A stretch of 39,069 bases of DNA from Gemmatimonadaceae bacterium (GTDB taxonomy: Bacteria; Gemmatimonadota; Gemmatimonadetes; Gemmatimonadales; Gemmatimonadaceae): the NCBI GenBank assembly GCA_040004455.1, contig JBDUAX010000001.1:1-39069 (forward strand). The letters are read 5' to 3'. The translations under genes and the position numbers were made by a program. Each line of letters begins with the position of its first letter. Position 1 is the stretch's first letter. Below, piece after piece: positions 21,150-32,202 of the stretch. The notes beneath the pieces were generated by a model. It did no database searches and had not been told where the DNA came from. It saw only the letters and a list, made by a program, of their open reading frames with translations.

Positions 21150-22840
21150 CCGGCACCGTCAATTGCGGCGCCGTGAATCGTGCCACTATCGCGCGCTTGC
21201 ATGTAACGCCGCATCAGTTCGGAGGTGGAACTGTCGTGACCAGTGGTGGTCGCGTTCTCTCCTTTTAACTCTCGCGCAATGCGCTGCGCCAGCGCCTTTC
21301 CCAGTTCGACACCCCATTGATCGAAGGAATCAATTCCCCAGATCACGCCCTGCGTGAACACGCTGTGTTCGTACAGCGCCACGAGTGAGCCGAGAATGCG
21401 CGGTGTCAGTCGGTTGGCAAGGATAGTTGTGGTGGGACGATTGCCCTCAAACACGCGATGCGGAACAAGCGACGGGGGTGTTCCCTCGCTTTCCACATCA
21501 GCCGCACTCTTGCCGAACGCCAGTGCCTCCGTTTGCGCAAACACGTTTGCCATGAGCAAATCATGATGCTCGCCGAGTTGATTGAGCGATTGTGAGAAGC
21601 CGATGAAGTCGCAGGGAATGAGGCGCGTGCCCTGATGAATGAGTTGATAAAACGAGTGCTGCCCGTTGGTGCCAGGTTCGCCCCAGACAATGGGACTTGT
21701 GTCGTAGTGCACGCGCGCGCCGTCCAGCGAGACGTGTTTGCCGTTGCTTTCCATGGTGAGCTGCTGCAAATACGCCGGAAAACGCTTCAGGTACTGATCG
21801 TACGGAAGCACGGCAACGGTGTGTGCATTGAAGAAGTTGGTGTACCAGACGGCCAGCAGTCCCATGATCACTGGCGCGTTCTGTTCGAACGGTGCCGTGC
21901 GAAAATGCACGTCCATGTCGTGGAAGCCCGCGAGCATCGCGCGAAAGTGCGTGGGTCCAATCGCCAACATCGTGGAAAGGCCGATGGCAGAATCCATCGA
22001 ATAGCGACCGCCAACCCAATCCCAGAATTCGAACATGTTCGCCGGGTCAATGCCGAACTTTGCCACGCCTTCCGCGTTCGTGGAAACGGCGACGAAGTGA
22101 TGCCGCACCGCTTCCTCGGCACCAAGTGCCGCGACGTACCACGCGCGCGCGCTGTTGGCGTTCGTCAGCGTCTCGAGTGTAGTGAAGGTTTTCGAACACA
22201 CGATGAATAACGTCTCGTGCGGGTCGAGATCACGTGTTGCCTCCACGAAGTCGGTGGCATCAATGTTCGAGACGAACCGAACGTTCATGTCACGATCGCT
22301 GTAGTGACGAAGCGCCTCGTACGCCATCACCGGACCGAGGTCTGAGCCGCCGATGCCAATGTTGACGATATTCCGAATAGGGCGACCGGTATGACCTTTC
22401 CATTCACCGCTGCGCACAGCGTCGGCAAACGTTGCCATGCGGGCAAGTACGGCATGTACCGTTGCCACGACATCCGTGCCGTCCACGACGATGGTTTCGT
22501 CGGCCGGTGCACGGAGCGCCACGTGGAGTACGGCACGCTTTTCTGTGACGTTTATTTCTTCACCGTTGAACATGGCGTTCAGCCGTTCGCGCAATCCGCA
22601 ATCGTGCGCGAGTTGAACGAGCAGACGCACCGTCTCATCGGTGACGCGATGCTTCGAATAGTCGATGTACAGTCCGGCCACTTCGGCCGTCATCCGCGTT
22701 CCTCTATCAGAGTCGGCGGCGAAGATCTGCCACAGCAGAAGGTCGCCAATGTCGGCGTGATGCTGCTGCAGCTTCTTCCACGCAGCTCGCTCCGTAAGCG
22801 GGGTACGATCTTGCGCGTCGGTTGTCTTGTCCGTTGTCAT
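21146..22840 (-). CDS. pgi: glucose-6-phosphate isomerase
   Basis: [49 protein letters not shown] and [10 protein letters not shown]. Confidence 0.97.
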   Translation of the reverse strand: MTTDKTTDAQDRTPLTERAAWKKLQQHHADIGDLLLWQIFAADSDRGTRMTAEVAGLYIDYSKHRVTDETVRLLVQLAHDCGLRERLNAMFNGEEINVTEKRAVLHVALRAPADETIVVDGTDVVATVHAVLARMATFADAVRSGEWKGHTGRPIRNIVNIGIGGSDLGPVMAYEALRHYSDRDMNVRFVSNIDATDFVEATRDLDPHETLFIVCSKTFTTLETLTNANSARAWYVAALGAEEAVRHHFVAVSTNAEGVAKFGIDPANMFEFWDWVGGRYSMDSAIGLSTMLAIGPTHFRAMLAGFHDMDVHFRTAPFEQNAPVIMGLLAVWYTNFFNAHTVAVLPYDQYLKRFPAYLQQLTMESNGKHVSLDGARVHYDTSPIVWGEPGTNGQHSFYQLIHQGTRLIPCDFIGFSQSLNQLGEHHDLLMANVFAQTEALAFGKSAADVESEGTPPSLVPHRVFEGNRPTTTILANRLTPRILGSLVALYEHSVFTQGVIWGIDSFDQWGVELGKALAQRIARELKGENATTTGHDSSTSELMRRYMQARDSGTIHGAAIDGAG

Positions 22841-23946
22841 CGGTCTTTGCCCGCCAACGCACTGAGGTGCGACACGAGTGCCTCCTGCTTCCTTGCCAGT
22901 TGCACGAGCAATGCATTCCAGGACTTGTCAAACGATGCCGCACCCTCGCGCTGGAGTTGCTCGCCCAACGCATCGACATCGATTCCCGCTTGACGGAACG
23001 ATGTCAGTGTCAACTCGGCATTACCACCGTCGGGCAACAGGGCTCCGCTCACGCGACCGTGATCCGCAAAGGCGATCAGCGTCTTTTCCGGAATCGTATT
23101 CACCGTGTCAGGCGCGGCAAGCGCCTCAACGTACAACGTGTCGGACGCTTTTGGATCCTTCGTGCCCGTGCTGGCGAAGAGCAACCGCTGCGCCTGTACA
23201 CCGACGGCCGCCAGCGCAATCCAACGCGGTGACGAGAGAAGGCGGCGATATTCACGATAGGTGCTTTGCGCGACTGCAATTCCAAGCTTGTTGTGCAATG
23301 CAGAGGGAACCTTGTCCGCTACCGCAACATCCCATCGGCTCACGAACAGCGATGCGACAGAACCAACGTGTGGGTCAAGGCCTGCAGCAACGCGACGCTC
23401 GATGCCGCGCAGGTGCGCATTGGCGGCCGCGACATACTGCGCCGCGGAAAACAACAGTGTCACGTTTACCGGGACACCGTTCGCAATCGATTCTTCGATG
23501 GCGACGATTCCCGCAGGCGTTCCGGGAATCTTGATGAAAAGATTTGGTCGCGCGGCTCGTCGGTGCAACTCTGCCGCGGCCGCGATCGTGCCTGCGGCGT
23601 CATTCGCCAGCAGTGGCGAAACTTCCAACGAAACCCAGCCGTCCACTCCGCTGGTGCGTTCATGCGTCGGATGAAAGAGTTCAGCCGCCCGGCGCAGATC
23701 TTCGAGAGCCAGATCGAAGAACAGTGATTCACCTGACATCCCTTCGTTCGATTTTTCCCGAATGGCGTCGTCGTAGAAGTTTCCCTTGGCCAACGCATGT
23801 TCGAAGATGGTCGGATTGGAGGTCAGGCCGGTAACCGACAGATCGGCGATGTAGCGATGCAGCGTACCGTCATCCAGCATGCCTCGCGAAATATTGTCGA
23901 GCCAAAGGCTCTGTCCTGCATTCTGCAGCTGTTGGGTTGCCTTCAT
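22837..23946 (-). CDS. tal: transaldolase (type 2)
   Basis: ATG 23946 overlaps the rpiA stop; [32 protein letters not shown] and ASTGTKDP. Confidence 0.95.
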   Translation of the reverse strand: MKATQQLQNAGQSLWLDNISRGMLDDGTLHRYIADLSVTGLTSNPTIFEHALAKGNFYDDAIREKSNEGMSGESLFFDLALEDLRRAAELFHPTHERTSGVDGWVSLEVSPLLANDAAGTIAAAAELHRRAARPNLFIKIPGTPAGIVAIEESIANGVPVNVTLLFSAAQYVAAANAHLRGIERRVAAGLDPHVGSVASLFVSRWDVAVADKVPSALHNKLGIAVAQSTYREYRRLLSSPRWIALAAVGVQAQRLLFASTGTKDPKASDTLYVEALAAPDTVNTIPEKTLIAFADHGRVSGALLPDGGNAELTLTSFRQAGIDVDALGEQLQREGAASFDKSWNALLVQLARKQEALVSHLSALAGKDR

Positions 23947-24704
23947 GGGGTTGCCTCGTGTCGTGTCTTGGACGCGGGTGCGTGCGAGTGAACGTCTACG
24001 CGCCCGTCGGTGTGGCCAACCAGCACCATGCTTGCTGTGCCGAGAAAAAGACCCGTATCGACGACACCGGTTATGGCGCAAATCGCACTTTGCAAATGTT
24101 GCGCCGAATTCGTGTCAGCGAGAGGTTCGGAAAGTACGCAGTCGACAATCCAGTTACCGTTGTCGGTCACGAACGGCTTCTCACTGTCAGCTTGCAGGCG
24201 TCGCGTTGGCACGATGTCAAGCGCGGTGAGTTCACGCGTTACAAGCCACGCCGCTAGCGGAATGATTTCGACGGGCACGTGTCCACGCTCACCCAGGCGG
24301 CGCACAAGCTTGTGCTCACTCACCAGAATGATTTGTCGGGCCGAACAGGTCGCAACGATTCGCTCGCGCACCAACGCGCCGCCCCAGCCTTTCACCAGGT
24401 CAAGCCATGGCGTTACTTCGTCCGCGCCGTCGACCGTGAGATCAAGCAACCCGCCGGTTCCCAACTCGATCAGTGGAATACCCGCTTGCATCGCCGCGTT
24501 TGCAACCGCCAGCGACGTTGGTACCGCCGACACGCGTAGTCCATCCCGCACTCGTGCGGCCAAACCATCGAGGAAGAGCATGGCCGCGCGACCAGATCCA
24601 AGGCCGATTCGCGCACCATCATGTACGAGTTCCAGCGCACGCGCAGCAACGGCCCTTACGCCGGGGTCCTCCTTGCTTCCGGGTAAAAACGCAGCGCCTG
24701 TCAT
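23943..24704 (-). CDS. rpiA: ribose-5-phosphate isomerase A
   Basis: IGLGSG, VDGADEV, VKGWGGALVRERIV, TDNGN.IVD and GVVDTGLF. Confidence 0.93.
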   Translation of the reverse strand: MTGAAFLPGSKEDPGVRAVAARALELVHDGARIGLGSGRAAMLFLDGLAARVRDGLRVSAVPTSLAVANAAMQAGIPLIELGTGGLLDLTVDGADEVTPWLDLVKGWGGALVRERIVATCSARQIILVSEHKLVRRLGERGHVPVEIIPLAAWLVTRELTALDIVPTRRLQADSEKPFVTDNGNWIVDCVLSEPLADTNSAQHLQSAICAITGVVDTGLFLGTASMVLVGHTDGRVDVHSHAPASKTRHEATP

Positions 24705-26356
24705 TGTCGCGCACCTGATGCAAGAGCCGCATCGACTATCACTTGCGCCTCCTGCAGGATTTGATCGACGCTATCCTTGCCGCAGAAACTCTCGGCGTAA
24801 ATGCGACAGATGTTTTCAGTACCGGATGGGCGCGCAACAAACCATCCCGATGCGGCGATGACTTTCACACCACCAATTGGCGCGTCATTTCCCGGAGCAT
24901 TATTGATGACGTCTGTGACCTTCTCACCGGCGAGTTCGGTACAGTGCACGGCCTCAGGCGACAGCGCCGAAAGTTGCTGTTTCTGTTCCGGCGTTGCGGG
25001 GGCGCTTACGCGATCGAAGGCAGGGTCACCGAAGTCGTGCGTTAGCTCGCCGTACAATTCTCCCGGATCACGTCCCGTCACCGCCGTAATCTCCGCCGCA
25101 AGCAACGCCGGAATGATTCCGTCTTTGTCTGTCGTCCACACTGTTCCGTCGCGGCGCAGGAACGTCGCGCCCGCGCTTTCCTCACCGCAGAATCCAAGCG
25201 TGCCTTCGACAAGTCCTTCAACAAACCACTTGAATCCCACCGGCACTTCGTGAAGTTGTCGGCCGAGCGCTGTGGTGACGCGATCAATCATGCTGCTGCT
25301 GACAACAGTTTTTCCAATGCCCGCATGAGCCGACCAGTGTGGCCGATGTTGGAAAAGGTGGTGAATGGCCGCGCACAGATAGTGATTCGGCGGCAGCAAT
25401 CCAGCACTCGCTGTGACAATCCCATGTCGATCGTGATCGGTGTCGCACGCAAATGCGATGTCGAACTTGTCCTTGAGGCCAATCAGCCGTTGCATCGCGT
25501 ATGACGAAGACGGATCCATGCGAATCTTGCCGTCCCAATCAACCGTCATGAACCGGAATGTCTGATCGACCACGTCACTCACAACGGTAAGGTCGAGACG
25601 ATAGTGGTCCGCAATAGGCGCCCAGTAATGCACGCCCGCACCGCCCAGTGGATCAACGCCCATCCGAATGCCGGCGCCTCGAATTGCGTCCATATCAATG
25701 ACGTTGCCTAGGTCGCGTACGTACGCGTTGAGATAGTCATGGCGATGTGTGCTGCTCGCGTGCAGTGCTCGCTCATAGGGAACGCGTCTTACGCCTTCGG
25801 TGCCAGCTTTTAGAAGCGCGTTGGCCTCATTTTCAATCCACGTCGTGACAGTTGTATCAGCGGGTCCGCCGTTGGGTGTGTTGTACTTGAATCCCCCGTT
25901 GTCAGGCGGGTTGTGTGATGGTGTGATCACAATACCATCGGCGAGCCCCGTTTTTCGCCCACGATTATAGCAAAGTATGGCGTGGGACACGACGGGCGTT
26001 GGAGTGAACTCGTCGCGTTCGGCCATCATGACATTCACACCATGTGCAGCCAACACTTCGACAGCCGTCGCACACGCTGGTTGTGACAGCGCGTGGGTAT
26101 CGACGCCGAGAAATAGCGGCCCGTCAATGCCCTGCCTTTGGCGATAGCGGCAGATGCCTTCCGTGATCGCAATGATGTGCGGTTCGTTGAACGTACGCCG
26201 GAATGCCGACCCGCGATGTCCCGACGTGCCGAACGCAACACGCTCGGCGGGCACAGCCGCGTCGGGCACGACTGTGTAGTATGCCGTGATCAACCTCGAA
26301 ACGTCCAGCAACATGTCCGGCGGCGGTGTATGGCCGGCAAGTGGGCTGATGTTCAT
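24701..26356 (-). CDS. pgm: phosphoglucomutase (alpha-D-glucose-1,6-bisphosphate-dependent)
   Basis: ATG 26356; FGTSGHRGS, ITPSHNPP (phosphoserine), DTDHDR, GEESAG and RPSGTE. Confidence 0.96.
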   Translation of the reverse strand: MNISPLAGHTPPPDMLLDVSRLITAYYTVVPDAAVPAERVAFGTSGHRGSAFRRTFNEPHIIAITEGICRYRQRQGIDGPLFLGVDTHALSQPACATAVEVLAAHGVNVMMAERDEFTPTPVVSHAILCYNRGRKTGLADGIVITPSHNPPDNGGFKYNTPNGGPADTTVTTWIENEANALLKAGTEGVRRVPYERALHASSTHRHDYLNAYVRDLGNVIDMDAIRGAGIRMGVDPLGGAGVHYWAPIADHYRLDLTVVSDVVDQTFRFMTVDWDGKIRMDPSSSYAMQRLIGLKDKFDIAFACDTDHDRHGIVTASAGLLPPNHYLCAAIHHLFQHRPHWSAHAGIGKTVVSSSMIDRVTTALGRQLHEVPVGFKWFVEGLVEGTLGFCGEESAGATFLRRDGTVWTTDKDGIIPALLAAEITAVTGRDPGELYGELTHDFGDPAFDRVSAPATPEQKQQLSALSPEAVHCTELAGEKVTDVINNAPGNDAPIGGVKVIAASGWFVARPSGTENICRIYAESFCGKDSVDQILQEAQVIVDAALASGARQ

Positions 26357-27264
26357 CGCAGCGTGCGCTCGAAGATGGACGCCCATTCCTGATAACGTTG
26401 CGCTATGCGAGTCACCGCCTCGTCACGCGTGGCGCGGTTCGCCAGAAAGTCGGCGACGGCATCCCAAAACGTGGTGCGTCCCACTGCGAAACCGATGAAT
26501 CCCGGCACGGACGCAGCCGTCTCAAGCCATGCAACGACTTTCTGCTCGTCAGCGCCACGTCCGAGTACGATGCAACCAACATTGCTTCGCCCACCGCGCC
26601 GCGCGACGTCGACGATTGCCGCACAATCCTCTCGGCGATCAAGACCTTCGATTTTCCACACGTCAGGTTCGACGCCCTGGTCCTGCAGCGTGCGAATCGT
26701 TTCCACCATCAGCTGCGGCCGGACATCGATGTCGTAGCTTGCCTTGTTTCCGTGAACGCGTTCCAACTGCGCCGACGTTGCCGGCACCAGTAGCTCGAAC
26801 ATGAATTCCTGGCCATTCGCCGTACAAAAATCAGACAACAGTTTCAGGCGTTTTGTCTGACGTTCATTGAGTGCCGCCTCACCTTCCGGATTGTAGCGAA
26901 CAAGCACTTTTGCGAACGTGGGCGCGATGGCTTTGATGTGTTCACCGAATGCGTCACCAAACTCGAACTCGAATTCGTCCGATCCGCTGGTTTCGGTGGA
27001 CAGCGCAGTGATGTACCCGTGCGCGTTCGCGTCGCGAAGAATTTCGGAGCCAAACTCCTCGTCAACGAGAATTCCGGCGCGCGGTGCCGGTAGCCCATTC
27101 GCGACGGCTCGTTTGAAGCCGTCGTAGATCACCTGCTTGCTGGCCGTTACCGCCGCGTGTTGCTGTGTCGTGAGCGGTGGCGTGAACTGGCACATTCCGC
27201 CAATGTACGAATGACGATGATCGAATGGCAGCAGATAGAGTGGACCCTGTGCGGCGCGGTTCAT
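26353..27264 (-). CDS. stand-alone DUF2090 family class I aldolase-like protein (IolC C-terminal/LacD-like)
   Basis: ATG 27264 overlaps the upstream stop; LPFDHR, GILVDEEFG, KVLVRYNP, FELLVP, PDVWKIEG (candidate Schiff-base Lys), LGRG and GFAVGRT. Confidence 0.85.
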   Translation of the reverse strand: MNRAAQGPLYLLPFDHRHSYIGGMCQFTPPLTTQQHAAVTASKQVIYDGFKRAVANGLPAPRAGILVDEEFGSEILRDANAHGYITALSTETSGSDEFEFEFGDAFGEHIKAIAPTFAKVLVRYNPEGEAALNERQTKRLKLLSDFCTANGQEFMFELLVPATSAQLERVHGNKASYDIDVRPQLMVETIRTLQDQGVEPDVWKIEGLDRREDCAAIVDVARRGGRSNVGCIVLGRGADEQKVVAWLETAASVPGFIGFAVGRTTFWDAVADFLANRATRDEAVTRIAQRYQEWASIFERTLR

Positions 27265-30200
27265 ATGTTGTTTGTCCCGGCGAGTTGTTGCATGTGTCCA
27301 AGCACGGCGCGCACGCGATGCGTTTGTGCATCGTCCACGATGGGAAATCCGCTGCGATCGTCGAGCGCAACGCCATCCAGCTCGAGCAGCGCAAGACCAC
27401 GACACACGCTGTGCGGATTCTCGACGGTGATTTCATACTGCGCGGTCCCCGCGCGTAACTGGAGCATGAATTTCGGCCACGTCGATGGAATACATGGATC
27501 AATCAGTACGCGAGTGCCCCGCACGCGTACGCCGAGCAGCCATTCCATACCAGCTCGATACATCCAGCCGGCGGAGCCCGTATACCAACTCCATCCGCCG
27601 CGTGCGACGTGCGGTGGTTCAGAGTAAACGTCGCCAACCATCACATACGGTTCCACGCGATACTGCTGCGCGGCATTCTGGGTATCGGAGCGAGTAATCG
27701 GATTCAACATGTCGAGCAGTGCGCCTGCTTTGTCACCATCGCCCAACTCGGCAAAGGCAATCGCGGTCCACACAGCCGCGTGCGTGTATTGACCACCGTT
27801 TTCGCGCACGCCCGGGACGTAACCTTTGATGTAGCCGGGTTCGAGCGCCGAGTGGTCGAATGGTGGTGTGAACAACAGACTGAGGCGGTCTTTTGGTCGA
27901 ACGAGATGTTCATCAACCCGGCGCATTGCCTGGCGTGCGTGTGCCGTTTCACCACCGCCGGACATCACGCTCCACGACTGTGCGATCGCGTCTATTGCAC
28001 ACGCATCCGCGCCCGCAACACCGAGTGGCGTACCGTCGTCGAAGAACGCGCGGGTGTACCACGCACCATCCCACGCTTCGCGTTCGACTGCGGCCTGCAG
28101 TGCGCCGGCGTGTGCTGTCCATGTCGCGGCACGTGCATTCTGGCCACGCTCTGTTGCGATAGATACCCATGCCTGGAGATTTGTGTACAGAAACCACGCG
28201 AGCCAGACGCTCTCTCCCTTTCCTTCCACACCGACGCGATTCATTCCGTCGTTCCAGTCTCCAGTGCCCATCAACGGCAATCCGTGCGCGCCTATGGCCA
28301 AACTCTGTTCAAGCGCGCGCGCGCAATGTTCAAAGAGCGTTCCATGCTCTGTTGCTTCAGCAGGCGCGAAATATGATTCGTTCTGCTCGGACTTCAATGC
28401 GGCGCCATCAAGAAACGGAACGACCTCGTCGAGGACGGCGTAGTCGCCGGTCACAGAGATGTAGTGCGTTACCGCAAACGGCAGCCATAGCCGATCGTCG
28501 GAAATGCGGGTTCGCACACCGGCGCCCGAAGGTTCGTGCCACCAATGTTGCACATCTCCCGCGACAAACTGACGAGATGCGGCTCGTAGAATGTGCTCGC
28601 GTGTTATGTTAGGTCGCGAAACAGCCAGCGCCATGACGTCCTGCAATTGATCGCGAAAGCCGTACGCACCGCTGGCCTGATAAAACGCCGTGCGCCCCCA
28701 AACTCGGCACGCCAGCGTCTGGTATAGCAGCCATTGATTCAACATGATGTCCAACGCACGATCGGGCGTCTGTACCTGAACGGCGCAGAACACATTCGTC
28801 CAGGCGTCGGTAACAGCTGCGAGGTGACCGTCCAGACTCTCCTTACGGTAACGCGTAATCAGTGCGCGCGCGTCGACTGTTGTTGCAGTTTCGCCGATCA
28901 GCAGAACAATTACCGCCTGGCCCCCAGCGGGAATTTCAATTACTGCTTGCAACGCGCAGCACGGGTCGAGCGCCGCACCAACGTGCCCCGATAGCGTTAC
29001 GCCGCTCGCGACTGCGAGTGGAAGCGTGGCGGTGCCATTGCGGCTCAGAAATTCGGTGCGATCCCCGGTCCAGCTCTGTTGCATGCCAGCAAGGTCTGCG
29101 AACGCTACGCGCGAGCTGAAATCCCGATTCCAACAGTTGCGCGCGAACATTGCACCGGTCTCGGAGTCCATCTCTGTCGTGACGTGCGGCGCCGACGAGC
29201 TCCGCGTAGTACCACGCACCCAGTCCAGATATCCCGTTATCGACAACCTTCGCGCGTGTTCTGAACGATTTGTCAGCGTCAAGCGCGAGATCTTGATTGG
29301 ATCATCCACGGGTACGAACTGCAACAATTCGTGTCCGATGTCGTGAGACTCGCGCTCAAACTGCGTGTACCCAGGGCCGTGCCGCACCACGTATTCACCG
29401 CTGTGTTCGCGGATGGGAAGCGGCGTTGGCGTCCACACTTCGCCGCTGTCGTCGTCGCGTATGTAGAATGCGTCGCTGGGCGGGTCACTGACTGGATCGT
29501 TGGACCACGGCGTGAGGACGTTGAGTTGACTGTTGATCGACCACGTGCTGCCAGAGCCGCACTCCGTCACCAGGCAACCAAAGTCCGCGTTGGCGATCAC
29601 GTTCGTCCATGGCGCCGGCGTCCACTCTCCGGCGCGCAACACGGTGACGTATTCCCGGCCGTCGCGATCGAAACCACCAAACCCATTGAAGAATTCCAGC
29701 TGCCGGTGTGAGCCGGACTTCGCTGCCGACACATTCTCCGCTTGAGTAACGCGCACGGGCCTCGGAGGAGCAGCGACATCGGGTAACGTGATTGCCGTCA
29801 ACTGATCGGCCATCGTTCCGCGTCTGCTTAAGAAAATGACGCGTGCAGCGCTCTCCAGCACACTTCGCTGCGCTGCGGTGAGCTGTTGGCCGCGAAACGC
29901 GAATGTGGCTCCGTTCGCCCTGACCGTTTCCGGTGTGAGCCCACCATCGGCATCGTGAATCAGCGCTTCCACTTGCGATTGCAGCATGCCGCCTGATGCG
30001 CTCTGCACATCGTTGATGATGATTACATCCACCGCCAGGCACTTTGATCGCCAGTACGTGTGTGCGCGCAGCAACTGCCCGACAAGCTCGAGGAGTGCAT
30101 GCTCCCCGGATGGTCCATCGTCGAGCGTCACGACAACAATCGGCAAGTCGCCGGAAATTCCGTTCGACCACAGCACGGCAGTGGCGTCGTCATGCAGCAT

Positions 30201-31142
30201 CAGCGCATGACGAACACGAAGTGAGGCATTTGGATACAGAACATGGCCGGCGATCGATTGAAATAGCTGTGATTCATCGCTTACCGCGTCGCGAACGTAA
30301 CTTCGGGTGAGGTGCGATTCTCGCCACGCGAGGGCTACCGCATCGAATGCAGTCACGGCACGATATCTGTCGGCCAGCTCGACTGCTGCTTCTCGCGACG
30401 CCGCGACAAACGTCACGAAGGTGCAATTCACAGTCTCGCCGGGCGGGACGCGCACTCTCCGTCGCAGGCTCACGATTGGATCGAGGACAGAACCAACCGT
30501 ATTGGAGAGTGGTTCATTGCGGTTCATTTGCGCTTTTGCATCATGCACGTTGCGCCCGCGTCCCAGGAATAGTTCGCGACTGGTCTCCCACTGCAATGCG
30601 CCGATGCTTTCGCCTTGCATTGCAACAGCATGAACAAGCCAGACCGGAGAGTCGTCGGGTTTGCTGAGGCGTCGTGTCGCCAACAACGTCTCATGTGCCA
30701 CATCGCACTCTGTTTCGACAAACAGATTCGAAAACGCAGGGTGCGCCGCATCGCTCGCAGCAGTGGCGAGCACAATCTCGGAGTACGACGTAATGTCGAT
30801 GTCGTGCGCGATGGTGTCGTGATTCGTGATTGACACGCGCCGAAGCTCGCCGTCGTCATTGTGTGCGACCATCACATCTAACCGCGTCTCGATCACGCCG
30901 TCGCGCCGAACAAACGAGGCGTGCTGGTCATCGAACGACACTTCGTAGCTCTGTGCTTCAACTCGACTTGGCTGATATCCTGCAGACCACACGAAATCGT
31001 TCGTCAGGTCGTGCAGAAAGATCGATGATCCCGTGTTGTCGAGAGTAGCATCGTCGCGCCACCGACTGACAGCGATGTCGCGCCATCGGCTGTAGCCCGA
31101 CCCGGCCGCAGTAATCATCAGCGAATAGCTCCCGTTCGACAA
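27261..31142 (-). CDS. GH94 glycoside phosphorylase resembling the C-terminal phosphorylase region of cyclic beta-1,2-glucan synthase (Cgs/NdvB); true start uncertain
   Basis: Two tandem GH94 N-terminal domains (LSNG.YS...GSGYS.W; TPAPW.NVIAN..FG), YQASGAYGFRDQLQD, catalytic GDWNDG, RENGGQYTHAA and WYTGSAGW. Homology continues upstream in frame (RRFSSPHTATPATQLL). Confidence 0.9.
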   Translation of the reverse strand: MSNGSYSLMITAAGSGYSRWRDIAVSRWRDDATLDNTGSSIFLHDLTNDFVWSAGYQPSRVEAQSYEVSFDDQHASFVRRDGVIETRLDVMVAHNDDGELRRVSITNHDTIAHDIDITSYSEIVLATAASDAAHPAFSNLFVETECDVAHETLLATRRLSKPDDSPVWLVHAVAMQGESIGALQWETSRELFLGRGRNVHDAKAQMNRNEPLSNTVGSVLDPIVSLRRRVRVPPGETVNCTFVTFVAASREAAVELADRYRAVTAFDAVALAWRESHLTRSYVRDAVSDESQLFQSIAGHVLYPNASLRVRHALMLHDDATAVLWSNGISGDLPIVVVTLDDGPSGEHALLELVGQLLRAHTYWRSKCLAVDVIIINDVQSASGGMLQSQVEALIHDADGGLTPETVRANGATFAFRGQQLTAAQRSVLESAARVIFLSRRGTMADQLTAITLPDVAAPPRPVRVTQAENVSAAKSGSHRQLEFFNGFGGFDRDGREYVTVLRAGEWTPAPWTNVIANADFGCLVTECGSGSTWSINSQLNVLTPWSNDPVSDPPSDAFYIRDDDSGEVWTPTPLPIREHSGEYVVRHGPGYTQFERESHDIGHELLQFVPVDDPIKISRLTLTNRSEHARRLSITGYLDWVRGTTRSSSAPHVTTEMDSETGAMFARNCWNRDFSSRVAFADLAGMQQSWTGDRTEFLSRNGTATLPLAVASGVTLSGHVGAALDPCCALQAVIEIPAGGQAVIVLLIGETATTVDARALITRYRKESLDGHLAAVTDAWTNVFCAVQVQTPDRALDIMLNQWLLYQTLACRVWGRTAFYQASGAYGFRDQLQDVMALAVSRPNITREHILRAASRQFVAGDVQHWWHEPSGAGVRTRISDDRLWLPFAVTHYISVTGDYAVLDEVVPFLDGAALKSEQNESYFAPAEATEHGTLFEHCARALEQSLAIGAHGLPLMGTGDWNDGMNRVGVEGKGESVWLAWFLYTNLQAWVSIATERGQNARAATWTAHAGALQAAVEREAWDGAWYTRAFFDDGTPLGVAGADACAIDAIAQSWSVMSGGGETAHARQAMRRVDEHLVRPKDRLSLLFTPPFDHSALEPGYIKGYVPGVRENGGQYTHAAVWTAIAFAELGDGDKAGALLDMLNPITRSDTQNAAQQYRVEPYVMVGDVYSEPPHVARGGWSWYTGSAGWMYRAGMEWLLGVRVRGTRVLIDPCIPSTWPKFMLQLRAGTAQYEITVENPHSVCRGLALLELDGVALDDRSGFPIVDDAQTHRVRAVLGHMQQLAGTNNI

Positions 31143-31502
31143 GAGCTGCGTGGCGGGCGTCGCGGTGTGCGGAGAGGAGAAGCGTCGTGTGTCGGCGGGC
31201 GGCGATGAAATGCGGTCTGCCGCGTCGTTGCCGCCGTCTTTCGACGCGAAGGTCAGGGCTTTCGTTCTCTCACCGTGCGATCTCCGTAGGAGCCAGGCAG
31301 GGAGAGCCAGTCACCGCATATCCCGGCAGCCGGAGGCCAGCGTCGAAGGGCGAGCAACAGCGCATCATTACGCGATCGCAGTGCTTGCGTGGATTGCTAC
31401 CAGGCAATGCAGCCGCAGTTCCTCACTCTGTAACGTACGACACTAGATCGCAAACTCCGGCATGTCGTTCCCGAAGACGTGGGTGCTATTGTGCATTGAG
31501 CA

Positions 31503-32172
31503 TTGAGTGACTTGGGGTCAACGCAGTTCGGACGCGCAACAGGAGACGTCGGACTTGGCGTGGTGTTTGGATCGAATTTCTTTAATCTGGTCGCCGTGCT
31601 CGGGCTCAGTGCAGTCGTTGGCGGCGGTGTGTTCATCGGCCAGCGCAGGTCGCGCGGCCGAGTTTCTGATCGCCGCAACGAGTCCCGCGTACGGCACGGA
31701 ACTCGAAGAAGAGTCAAATGCCGCGGCCAGTAACAAACGGATTTACTGGGTGGCGCCCGCCATGCTCACGATCGTGCTCGCGAGCGTGGGATTGGTCAAC
31801 TCGGCGATGTTGCACGCGAGCTACTGGGGATGGCGCAGAATCATTGTGGGGATGGTGATACTGGCCGCGCTCACGGGAATTCCAAACGCAATCGCTGCGT
31901 TCCGGCTTGCGCAGAATCAGCGTGGTGCGGCAGTGGTGAGCGAAGCGCTTAACAGCAACACGCTGAATCTGTTCGCTGGCGTCTGTCTGCCTCCGCTCTT
32001 GCTGGGAACTCCGGTGCCAGAGCAATAAACTGTTGTCGCGGTCTGGTGGCTGCTTGGCATGACCGTTGTCGCTGTGACTCTGACTTTCTGGAATCAGCAT
32101 CTCAGTCGGCGGGGCGGGGCGTGCCTGATTGGTTTGTACGCGGCATTTTTGGTCGCGGTGGCGTTCTGTTAA
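31503..32172 (+). pseudogene. degraded sodium:calcium (CaCA) antiporter
   Basis: The alpha-1 remnant GDVGLGVVFGSNFFNL..VLGLSA lies in one frame and the alpha-2 repeat LAALTGIPN...AVVSEALNSNTLN in another. An in-frame TAA at 32026-32028 is followed by more TM sequence (WWLLGMT...GACLIGLYAAFL) to TAA 32172. The N-terminus and middle are missing. Confidence 0.8.
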
Positions 32173-32202
32173 CGCCACCGCAATCACATCTCCAAAAAAC
32201 TG

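Noticed and set aside
21146-23946. Frameshifted tal-pgi fusion
   Set aside because: Both are complete stand-alone proteins with their own start and stop and a normal ATGA overlap; this pgi is the full-length classical type.
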